From: Pecten maximus
Taxonomy: Eukaryota
Direction: 5' to 3'
Length of the DNA stretch: 64,000 bases
Assembly: GCF_902652985.1 (NCBI RefSeq)
Contig: NC_047025.1
Coordinates: 4,774,001 to 4,838,000, forward strand
The notes under the pieces are model-generated. The model was not told the origin of the DNA. It saw nothing but the letters and a program-made list of their open reading frames with translations, and did no database searches. Below are positions 53,245 to 64,000 of the stretch, one piece after another; position 1 is the stretch's first letter, and every line of letters starts with the position of its first letter. The translations under genes and the position numbers were made by a program.

Positions 53245-55616
53245 ATGGCTGCTCTCTGTAACAAGAAATCGCTTAAACAAGATTTGGACAACTTTCCGTC
53301 AACTTTCGAATTTGATACCACTTATCTGGCTATGGACCGAGTAAAAAGCATAATCAGGAAGCTAAATGATTACCGAACGAACACAAGTACGACCGAAGAC
53401 GAAGATATAAATATAACCAACTTTCTGTCATATTTGTATTTTCTGCTTGATGACCAAGAACATGCACTACAGCTTGTTGATGACTCTCTTCAGAAGGATC
53501 CTGATAATATCATAGCCAACGCAAACAAAGCCAGAATTCTACTGGAGAGTGGGGAACTTTCTGATGTCGAAGAAATCTTATCAAAACTCCAAGAATTAAA
53601 AAATGGAAACGATTATGGCAAAAGAAAATGTTATGCCGAAGCGGATCTTGCGTACGCGTATTCAAGGTCGGGTCCTTGGTACCATGAAAAGGCGGAAAAA
53701 CTGTACATCGACATTGTGGACGTATATCCAACAGAATACACGTGGCAGTACCGACTTGGCTTGACTTTACTCAGGCGGACTCACCACTTTCATTCACAGG
53801 CAGTAGGCGGACACAAGAAGAGAACTGTAGATGCCGCTAAGAGGTTGCTAGCTGCCACGAAATCCAACGATCCCATTTTATGTGCGAAAGCATATGCTGA
53901 ACTTGGCAGAGCAGTGTTCAAGTATTGGTAAACGTATGAATCAGCGACTTACCACCAGAAATAAAGCAGTTAAGGGATAAGGAATGCTTTGAAAAGGCAT
54001 TAGAAATATGTCCAGAAGATCCATCAGTGTTACAGACATGTGGTCAATTTGCGCGGTACAGAAACGACTTGGACGAAGCCGAGACACTTCTTCGCAAATC
54101 ACTTCGAATTAATCCAACGTGTCATGGATACCACCATCTTGCTCTAACATTAAAAGACAGGGTAGCATTGGGAGTAGAAAATTCACATGAAGAAAACTTT
54201 GTAGAAGAATCAGGATACAGTTGTGATTTTCAGTCTACGGTATTCGACAGTGACGAATCAGTACACCAGCAGGGTTTTAATGATAAACCACGAAGCAGGG
54301 AGGAGAGAAGGTCACATTCCTCTGACGTACAGAAACGTAATCTCCGTCAAATGATAAAGTCCCCATTGACGGTTCCAGTTCAACCCAAAAACAAATTACT
54401 TGTGGAGGCTATAGGATTGATCGATGAAGCAAAAAAAATGAACTCATATACATTGATCATGCAGTACGATAAGGGCATTCTATATCGAATGTTAGGTGAA
54501 ACCGCAAAGGCTGTTGATGTTTTCAAACAAATAATCTTTAAAAGAAAATGTCTTCCCACCAAAACCCTGTTGACTAATGTCTATGAACAACTTGGACTTT
54601 GTCTTTTAGAACTGAGTCAATCGAAGGAAATACCACCTGATATAAAGACGAAATACAAGAAAGATGGCCAATCTCATCTTTCTCATGCTCTTCAACTTCA
54701 ATCGGAAATAGTAGCAAACGATCCTCAGTTCAAAGAGGCGTGGAACTCATATTCAACACTCAAGGAACTGTTGAGTGATGAAAGTGAAGGGAAGCCAAAA
54801 GAACTGGCAGTTCTACACATGCTCATGGCGGATCACAGAGATTCAATCGCAATTTATAAGGAATTAAATGAGAAAGACAAAATGGAGCCAGACGACTGCA
54901 AAAACATGTTGGAATGTTACATGAAAGTTGGCCAGTTTGAGGAATGTGTTACCCTTTTAAGTTCATGGGAGTGTACAACAATTTTTGCGATACTTCCTGA
55001 ATCTTTGATCTTTGATGTTTATATTAATGGCGTCTTTCACGCCTACTCCACTGATAACGCACAAATAGCGTACAAACACTTCAGACGAGCATTTAAAGTG
55101 TACGACATGTTCAACAAGGACACTCACATGCCAGAGGCCGACGAAGATGAGAAAACAAAAGATATACTAATATTACACTCTTGTTCAGAAGACTGGAGAT
55201 GCGAATTTCCAAAGAATCTCGGAAAGATTCTAGGAGACTGCACGGGATTACGGTATACCATCAACACTGACGACGTGCTCGGGAACGCGATCACTACGGA
55301 ATCGATGGTTTCCATGATGAAGAAGATACCTTGTATCATTATCATGACCCATGATAGTGATGACAAATATGACCAACTCTATGTTAACCAAGCTGTCCAG
55401 ATGAGCTCAGAGAAAGGGGGACCTAGAGTTTTGGTAGTGTCAGACGACAACTGCAATGTACCTGATATTGCCAGAACAATGCCTTTTATCCGGGCGCCTC
55501 CACCGCTAGAGGGCGCTATCCAACTGCCCGATCAAACACCAGATCAGTTACCAGAGAAACAGATAGAATGGGTTAGAAAGTTCATCTATCTACTGAAAGA
55601 TCAACACCGTAAGTAA
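53245..55616 (+). CDS. TPR-TIR protein paralog 3; net +2 frameshift at ~53920-43; ~789 aa if repaired
   Basis: Acceptor ttttag 53211-16, atcATGG; ORFs 53119-53931 and 54027-55616 are collinear with paralog 1; 23 nt versus 21 nt in paralog 1 at the lesion. Confidence 0.8.
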
Positions 55617-55639
55617 CGGTTTACGTGATCGAAGGCGTC

Positions 55640-56110
55640 ATCAAATGTTTCTTCTCTTAAAAGTTTCGTATCATCTCTTGTTTCATCAATGACCAGTAAA
55701 TTGTCATCACTTGTTATTTATGAACAGTTTCGTGTCATCATTAGTTTAATGAATGAATAGGTCCGCTTCATCACTTGTATAATCAATGAACAGTTTCACA
55801 TCGTCGCTTGTTTCATCAATGAACAGTATCGCGTCATCATTTGTGTCTTCAATGAATAGTTCCACGTAATCGCTTATTCAAAGAATATCTAGTCGTCATC
55901 ACTTGTAACACCAATGAACATTTTTGCGTCATCGCTTGTGTCAATAAGGAACAGTTTCAAACCTACACTAGTTTCACCAAAACAATTTCGCGTCATTACC
56001 TGTATTACCAATAAATAGATAATCATCATCATCACTTGTTCAACAAAGAACGTTTTCGCGCCATCACTTATTAAAGTGCTTAATGATTTGATCATTTGTT
56101 TCACCAAAGA
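55640..56110 (+). repeat. Degenerate 33-bp array downstream of paralog 3
   Basis: AATGAACAGTTTC...TCATCACTTGT units. Confidence 0.85.
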
Positions 56111-56570
56111 ACACTTTTTCGCAAAGTTGGCAAGTGCTTAATCTCTGAACTAAACTTGATCAGTACGTGATTACAATCTTATGTAAGCAATAATTAATGA
56201 TTCTACATATCCGACAAAGATCAATTATAAAAAATTGAGAAAAAAAATATCTTAAATTCTTCTTTATCTTTAATTTTACTTTCAATCTTATACCCGATCA
56301 ACATTAGGTAGCTGCTTTCATTTTCTTTTTTGTTGGTGTAAATTAGATATACATGTATTTCTATATCACGGATGCAATTTTATTTATTTTTGTGACAAGC
56401 ATTGTACACGTTGTAGGAGATGTGGAATGATCCCTCATTTTATACCTTATATGAGGACAGAATAATCAATCAAAATAATGATATATGTTCAGGGTTTCCA
56501 TAATAATGTTGCTTATTTTCTTATCAAATACTACCTATGTAACTTTATCGATGATTTCTACCTTAATTAA

Positions 56571-57039
56571 AGATGCTGTATCTCCGAGAAAAGTAATATT
56601 ATCGACTATAAACAGGAATAAATGTTGTACATTATAAACAGGAGTAAAATTACATACTCTTGGCTATTGTCCCTCAAAACTGGATAAATTAATACATGAA
56701 CACAAAGAAATTCTCCCTTTAAAGCGGCTATTTTATGACGCTGTTACTATCATATACTCGTTGGTAATCGTCGCATTTCTACCAGTCTTTATAATGTTGC
56801 GGGTGTGGCATCTGAGAAAGATTGTGTTAAGGGGACAAATCTTACATCTTTTCCTGTAAAATGATTTTATTTTCATTTAGACAGATATCTGTTAAGAGTT
56901 TCCATGATAGCATTGCTTACTTTCTTATGAAATATTATCTGTGTATCTTAATCCATGATTTCGACCCTTCTTGAAGGTGCTGCATCTCCGACAAAAATGA
57001 TTCGGCTGTAAATAAGAAAATGTTGGCGATGCAGCATCT
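56571..57039. mobile_element. TTAA-flanked MITE (Kolobok-like)
   Basis: TTAA-AGATGCTGTATCTCCGA ... TGGCGATGCAGCATCT-TTAA; extra internal TIR copy at ~56975. Confidence 0.6.
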
Positions 57040-57554
57040 TTAATTAGTGAGAAAAATGGAACATTTAGTATAGAGTAAAGGGGACCAATAACATCCTGTA
57101 AAACCTTTTGATATTCATTTATCCAGATCAAAAGGTACACTGATCGTTCATCAGAAGGCAATGTATATTGTATTTGGATTATGTTGCATGTGAAAAGGAA
57201 TATGCTTTACTATTATTTCTTTAAATGTACAACCGAAAGTCAAAAGAAGAATGTTTCGACAACATAATTTCTACTGTATTACAAGTATTTAGAAATACTA
57301 GATTTGTAAAAGTCGAAATATTTTGCGATAGCGATACTTCCTTAGAAGGAATAAGTCAACTCTACAATCGACATATTGTAAATGCATGAATATATACTTT
57401 AAAATGTTCTTCTTATGCCAGCCTTCCTGTACTTATCTTATGGTTGGAATACTATAACAGATTATAGATATATAACATGTAAATACGATAATCAAACAAT
57501 CTATTTATTAATGTATTTATTTTATATGAAAATACATTTACAAAATTATTTTTA

Positions 57555-57930
57555 ATGAGAGGAAAGAATTTTATGATGAACATGTATAAACCTCCATTTC
57601 TACATCCTGATTTTGTTACATACGAACTGATTACATTAAAGCTTATATCAGAACAGGTAACAGATATCGTACAAAGTCCATCAAGTCCACTCAAAGGTAT
57701 ATTGACGATGTGTTATCTTTTGTTAAAAGGCGATCAGATATACCATGTAGAACTTGAAATCTAGGACACTCTCAATGACTCATAAACACCAGCCGCCCAC
57801 CTCGATCTTAATTCAAAACGTAGCTGTAATATCTAATGTTCTATTTTGCGATAAGGAAAAATTCCTGTTTCCTCAAACAATGGTGTTTATATATCCCAGT
57901 TTATCCGATATTTAAAGACTTATTCCTATT
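57555..57930 (+). mobile_element. Penelope-like RT relic, paralogous to 47220-47860
   Basis: RYIDDVLS catalytic motif at 57695-57718, IYHVELEI, AAHLDL, GVYISQFIRY. Confidence 0.78.
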
Positions 57931-60327
57931 ATCATGGCATATGTTGATTTCGATTTACAGTTATTTTGTTGTTATGTCATTATTTGTTATGCCTATACAG
58001 CTTATTCCGTACACTACATCAACGATTTTAGTCCACCGAGCCCAACACGAGTTGACTTAGGGTGTTTCACCTTCTTGTGCCAGATTTTCTCATTTGAACA
58101 ATTCTTTCTCAATAATTAGAATGCCTTTTGTCCCGATGTTTTACTAACATTACTATTGCTGAAATAAATTATCTTTGTCATGTTATTTACGTCAAAGTGG
58201 TGAATTTTAGTACGAACCTGTGAAATAGGTATTACCTTACTGAAGATCATTACTAATGTGTATAACCTGACCTTATTGATAAATCCTCTAATACAGCCTT
58301 ATTAGTAGTACAGAATAGCCAAAGAGCTACGCTTGTCAGATTTTAATCTGCAGTTAACCAAAGATTTTGTTCTGACGTTTATGCCACCTTCTACTGCTAG
58401 ATATGGATATACAATTAAATCATTCAAAACAGACAGTCCAGTGAGCTTTTATGCGTTTGTAAATAATGACACGTCATTGGAATGTATCAAGCTTTCTATA
58501 CTATACTGCAATAAAGCTCTGGCGTTCTGCTTGACTGGGTAGAAGTGTCTTACTATGCCCATTTCATAAACCCGGATTTTCTTAATTCTTATTACCACCA
58601 TCCGGGTACGTAACCATTATTGGTGGCTGTATATTGTATGGTTGGAAATAGAAAAAAATCAGAGAGAAAAGCGTATAAGAGAAATTCCAGAGTATCGCCC
58701 GTCTAACAGGTTAACAGTTGTCGGCTCGCTGAAGACCAAAGTAAATCTCTCATGAATAAAATTCCAGTATAACAACGGCACCGCCCTCTACATTCCCAAC
58801 TATCTCAAACCTTACTTCAACTTCTTCCTAAGAAATCATGCTGTTAGTGGGAGATAACTTGTAATTGTAATGTTTGTGCTGAACTCTCCTATGTTGGAGA
58901 TACAAAAGAGAACAAATAAACTGAAGAACATGACACACGGTCTATTTTTGTCAATTCAATTGAAGAGTCACAGATATTCATGCCATCAATATATATCCTT
59001 CACAGAGTCCTCATGGATTGCCAGCTCATAGTCAATCGTAAACATTATAAAATAATGTCCATGTTTAATAGATGCAAAAACAGAAAAACAAACAAAACAA
59101 AAGCTGATAATGTGCAGATACAGTCAGCAGGGATATCTTTAGATTGTTCCTCTTTATACGTCGAATCATAACCGTAATCGTAGAAGACGTGGATACCAGC
59201 TTTAATATTCGCAACACTGAGAGGAAGCCTTGGGTCAAATATCGTGGACACGCATGGCGAGTTCTATAAGGCCTTCAGATAATCTATCCGGCTCGATTAT
59301 TCCTCTTGATACTTTCAGTCATTAACATTTGATACCAGCTGCAATAGTCGTTACATTGAGAGGAAACATCGTGGACAAGCATGGCGAGTGGCTCAAGATA
59401 TTGTATCCGGTTAGACTACTAATGAGGAAGTTTAACGAAACATTTGAGAGGTAAAAACAAAAAAATAGAGTTTGAGGTCTACTGTATCCCGAACTGGACA
59501 AATTCCGTACAGTTAGTTGCATCTGAATTCTAGATCAGCGGCTCTTCGCAAGGACTGTATAATATTGGGAAGGTCGAAATAATTATACATTATTTCTCAC
59601 TGCGTTTCACCGAAAAAATAATATTACTTCTCCATCACATTATATTAAGCCATAGTTTAGTATACTCGTTACCAGAGACAACACGGGAGGTTTTTCTTAT
59701 GCATCCAACGAAGTACGTCATTTCAAGTTATGTACAGGATCAACATGTTATACTAAGATCAAATTAATTGATAGATGATGGGGATTTTTTGTGTTGTTGA
59801 TTTCATATTAAGATATTAATTTCTATATTTGTATTATACTTTTTGATGTTTTGATGGACAGCTATTAAACCAAACCAAACATCTTTTCAATATTTTCCTC
59901 CAAGACACGGACATGTTAATGCATTAAAAATAAATTTCATTTTGCAGTTCTATGATTTTGACATCGAGTAGGCTATATTCTGGTTATACCGTGGTGACTT
60001 AACTTCACATAAAAGAAGTAAGTAATTTAAGCAGTAATCAATTATACAAAGGAATTATTGAGAGGAGATCGACGGACCAGGAATACCTGTCCTGATGACA
60101 GTTTAAGGTAGATATATGAAGGTAGGACTGACAGACCAGGTTCACCTGTATTGTAGATAGTTTTAAGTAGATATATGTAGAATCATTGCATATATTTTTA
60201 GATATTCATTCACAGGTGTAATGAGTGAGGTATATATACTGCATCAGGGTATCAAGTTATGTCAGTCTCCTATCACAATTAGTTAGGGTGACGATTTCAC
60301 GTCAACACGACAGGCTTAGTATGATGT

Positions 60328-60510
60328 ACCGAGCCAAAACCAAAACTAAACCTGTACAGGTGTAAAACTGGTTCCGCGAAAAAGTTCACTCGGAACTCTC
60401 CAGATTTTACGTTTGGATGGTGAGACTGTCAGACCTGATATCGTGTCACCCGGACTAAACTGACTAGTTCGCTGCCACTACTATTGTTTTCCTTAGTCGA
60501 GATGGTAAGT
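60328..60510 (+). promoter_or_regulatory. Orphan upstream module plus exon 1 (GT at 60505) adjacent to the gap
   Basis: TTCCGCGAA 60372-80, GGAACTCTCC 60392-401, GAGATG|GTAAGT. Confidence 0.6.
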
Positions 60511-60538
60511 GTTACGACATATTATATATTCTTGTTAG

Positions 60539-61038
60539 NNNNNNNNNNNNNNNNNNNNNNNNNNNNNNNNNNNNNNNNNNNNNNNNNNNNNNNNNNNNNN
60601 NNNNNNNNNNNNNNNNNNNNNNNNNNNNNNNNNNNNNNNNNNNNNNNNNNNNNNNNNNNNNNNNNNNNNNNNNNNNNNNNNNNNNNNNNNNNNNNNNNNN
60701 NNNNNNNNNNNNNNNNNNNNNNNNNNNNNNNNNNNNNNNNNNNNNNNNNNNNNNNNNNNNNNNNNNNNNNNNNNNNNNNNNNNNNNNNNNNNNNNNNNNN
60801 NNNNNNNNNNNNNNNNNNNNNNNNNNNNNNNNNNNNNNNNNNNNNNNNNNNNNNNNNNNNNNNNNNNNNNNNNNNNNNNNNNNNNNNNNNNNNNNNNNNN
60901 NNNNNNNNNNNNNNNNNNNNNNNNNNNNNNNNNNNNNNNNNNNNNNNNNNNNNNNNNNNNNNNNNNNNNNNNNNNNNNNNNNNNNNNNNNNNNNNNNNNN
61001 NNNNNNNNNNNNNNNNNNNNNNNNNNNNNNNNNNNNNN
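60539..61038. other. Assembly gap (500 N)
   Basis: Run of N. Confidence 1.
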
Positions 61039-61299
61039 GTCGGGTTCTATCAAATGGTGTATAGCAAAGCTCGAAAAGTGCCAAGGCGGTTATGGGCCAA
61101 CACTGCATTGTCAAAATAAGCAAAAAGCAAAGCAAAATCTGATGATGAAATGTGTCCGACATTGGGCAAAAAAAAAACACACCTGCATACGCAGTTTTTT
61201 CGAGTACGCATTTTAGGAAACTGCGGACAAACATTTAGTACTTATGTGTATTTTGTAGAGGCGTATATGGGTCGTCGTACTTTGGTGAAACTTTTGAAG

Positions 61300-62590
61300 T
61301 GATGATGCGAAACTATTCATTAGTGAGAAAAATAATGACGTAAAACTGTTCACTAGTGAAACAGGTGATGACGCGAAATTGTTCACCGCTAAGTAATGAC
61401 CAGAAACTGTTCATGGTTGTAACAAAAGATGAGACGAAACTATTCACCGCTGTAACAACCGGAACTATTTACTGCGAAACTGTTAATTGATTTAACAAGT
61501 GATAACATCAAATAAAGTATTGCTTAAACAAGTGATTACTCGAAACTGTCCATTAATAAACAAAGGTACGAGTTGAAAACTCACTTTGTGACAAGTCATG
61601 ATGCGAAACTGTTTGCCTTTAGGAGAAGTGATGCCGGAATATGTTGCGATGACTCAAAATTGTTCATTGGTGAGGCATGTGATTACGCTAAACTGCTGTA
61701 ATAAGTGATGACACGGAACTATTCACTGTTGTAACAAGGAATTCTGTAAAACTGTTCAATGATTTAACAACAGTTCATTATTGTAACAAGTGATGACACA
61801 GAACTGGTCACATGTGTAACAAGTGATGATGATTAACAGTTCATTAATGAAACAGGTGATGACGCAAAACTGTTAATTAGCGAAACAATCAACCGAAACT
61901 GTTCATTAGTGAAACAAGTGATGACGCGAAAACTTCGAATGATGAAACAAGCAATAAAGCGAAACTGTCCATTGATGAATAGAAGTGATGACACAAAACT
62001 GTTCATTTGGGTAACACGTGATGATGATTAACTGTTCATTGTTGAAACAAATGATAACGCGAAACTGTTAATTGATGTAACAAACAATAACACGAAACTT
62101 TTCACTGTTGAAACAAGTAATGAGGCAAAACTGTTCATTGATGAAACATACGATGGCGCGAAAATGTTCATTGGTGAAAATAGGTGATGGCACGAAACTG
62201 TTCATTGATGAAAACAACCGATAACGCAAAACTGTCCATTAATGAATAAAAGTTATGACTCGAAACGTTCACTGGTATGACAAGTCATGACGCGAAACTG
62301 TTCACTGTTAGAAGTGACGACGCGAAAATGTTTATTGCTGTAACAAGTGATGACACTGAACTGGTCACTGGTGTAACAAGTGAGGATGATTAACTGTTCA
62401 TTTAAAAAAAAAGGTAAGGACGCAAAACTGTCCATTGATGAATAGAACTGATGGCGCAAAACTATACATTTATGTAATAATTGGTTACGCAAAACTGTTT
62501 ATTGGTGAGAAAAGCGATCGCGCGAAACTGTTCATTGTGTAACAAGTGATGGTGATTAACTGTTCATTGATGACACAAGTCACGACGGGT
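61300..62590 (-). repeat. 33-bp array downstream of paralog 4; inverted homolog of 31550-32840
   Basis: Reverse complement is collinear with the paralog 1 3' flank (ORFs 62253-62492 and 31636-31875 are near-identical). Confidence 0.92.
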
Positions 62591-62606
62591 TTTATCACGT
62601 AAACCG

Positions 62607-64000
62607 TTACTTATGGTGCTGATCCTTCAGTAGATAAATGAAATCTTTCACCCATCCTAACTTTATCTCTGATAACTTATCTGGTTTCTGATCGAGCGGT
62701 TGTATAGCAACCTCTAACGTTGGATGGGTCCGGATGGCTTCGCCCTTTAGCAGAGGAAGCGTCCGGATAAAAGATATTATTCTGGCAATATCAGGCACAT
62801 TGCATTTGTCGTCTGACACTGACAAAACTCTAGGTCGGTTCCATTTCTCTGAGCTCAACTGGATAGCGTGGTTGACATACAGTCTGTCATAGTTGTCTGC
62901 ACTGTCGTGGGTCATGATAATATCACATGGTATCTTCTGCATCATGGAAATCATGGATTCCGTAGTGATCGGATTCCAGAGCCCGTTGTCAGTATTGATC
63001 TTAGAACGTTATCCCGTACAGTCTCCTTAAATCGCTCCGAGATAACTTGGAAATCCGCATTTCCAACCTTGGGAACAACTGTGTAATATTAGTATATCCT
63101 TTGTATCCTCGTCTTTGTCAGCCTCACTTTGGTCAGCAATGACCTTATCGAACATGCCGTAAAATTGAAAGGCTCGCCTGAATTGTCTGTGCGCTAGTTG
63201 TACGTTATCAGTCGAGTAGGCGTGAAATGCACCATTGATATACACATCAAAGACCAAAGACGGTGGAAGCCCCGCAAAATTTGTCGCACACTCCAATGAG
63301 GTTAAAAGAGTAACGCATTCTTCAAACTGCTTATCCTTCATGTAGCATTCCAGCATGTTTCTGTAGTCTTTGGGATCCATTGTTTATTTGTGCTTGGATA
63401 ATAATCCTTGTAAATGGCGATTGAATCTCTATGAACCCCCATGAGCTTGTGTAGAACTGCCAGTTGTTTTGGCTACCCATCACTTTCATCACTCGACGGT
63501 TCTTGGAGTGTCGAATAGCGGTTCCACAAAAAAGGTTGAGATTGATCATCGTTCTCGTATTTCCTCTTTTTATCAGGCGGTATTTCTTTCGAATCATCCA
63601 GTTCTAGGAGACAAAATCTAAGTTGTTCCTCGGCATAGGTCATCACAGTTTTGGTTGGAAAGCTTTTTCTTTTAGAGATTATTTGTTTGAAAACCTCCAC
63701 AGCATTTGCGGTTTCGCCTAACATTCTATATAGAATGCCCTTATCGTACTGTATATTCAAAATATTGGAGTCCAATTCTTCTGCTTTATCGATCAATTCT
63801 ATAGCCTCCTTAAGTAAGCTGTTTCCGGGATAAACTTGAACCTTCAATGGTGACTTCATCGTTTGATTGGGTCTCTTCCTTTTTTTGCCGCCTACACAAA
63901 TAAAACCATCTTCGTCTCCTGATTCTTCAGGGCGGTTTCGTTCAGTTGAGTGTCCTCCTGGCATTTCTACCATTTTTGCTAATGTAAGAGCAAGGTGGTG
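62607..64000 (-). pseudogene. TPR-TIR paralog 4, 3' portion, pseudogene; continues past the window
   Basis: HHLALTL...YDKGILYRMLGETANAV...TKDILILHSC...YVNHAI...LLKDQHHK; nonsense codons (TAG 63473-75, TAA 63027-29) and several frameshifts. Confidence 0.88.

Larger units (their letters stand above)
57555..60538 (+). repeat. Segmental duplicate of ~47220-50400 (upstream region of paralog 3)
   Basis: 59320-60230 is nearly identical to 49160-50070; 58050-58850 matches 48010-48800. Confidence 0.92.

Noticed and set aside
53928-53944. 17-nt GT...AG segment whose removal would restore paralog 3's frame
   Set aside because: Far below the usual metazoan intron size and absent from the paralogs
57115-57160. 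Second hammerhead on the minus strand (CTGATGA plus GATCA/TGATC stem)
   Set aside because: No GAAA after the stem; other CTGANGA hits (33025, 49933) also lack the core
59070-59265. Alternative minus-strand frame FLSVLRILKLVSTSS resembling a channel S4 segment
   Set aside because: Too few regularly spaced basic residues, no other channel segments, and it overlaps the better SET-like frame
60484-61234. ORFs containing X runs
   Set aside because: Artefacts of the N gap

Overview
AT-rich animal genomic DNA, most likely a mollusc/bivalve; this is inferred from GT-AG introns, tRNA-derived/V-type SINEs, CR1 and Penelope-like relics. It is not prokaryotic and has no CRISPR array. Layout: (1) 1-7920 is a 20-bp satellite, presumably intronic, with a ~125-bp insert carrying a minimal hammerhead ribozyme core. 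(2) 8236-9605 holds the last three exons of an SLC7/LAT-type amino-acid transporter. (3) ~12.95-25.0 kb is a five-copy ~2-kb macrosatellite (CCAAT-rich spacer plus 26-bp minisatellite). (4) 25.3-64 kb is a tandem cluster of four paralogs with single-exon CDSs encoding IFIT/TTC22-like TPR proteins fused to a C-terminal TIR-like domain that lacks the catalytic Glu. The duplicated unit carries a conserved upstream module (GAS-, kB- and IRF-like motifs in a palindrome also present in the macrosatellite), a probable short non-coding exon 1 and a 33-bp 3' repeat array. All four copies are disrupted as assembled. Two have a single frameshift (possibly assembly error; ~789 aa if repaired) and two are clear pseudogenes. 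A fifth, orphan promoter/exon 1 abuts a 500-N gap. All protein assignments come from motif recognition by eye, not database searches.
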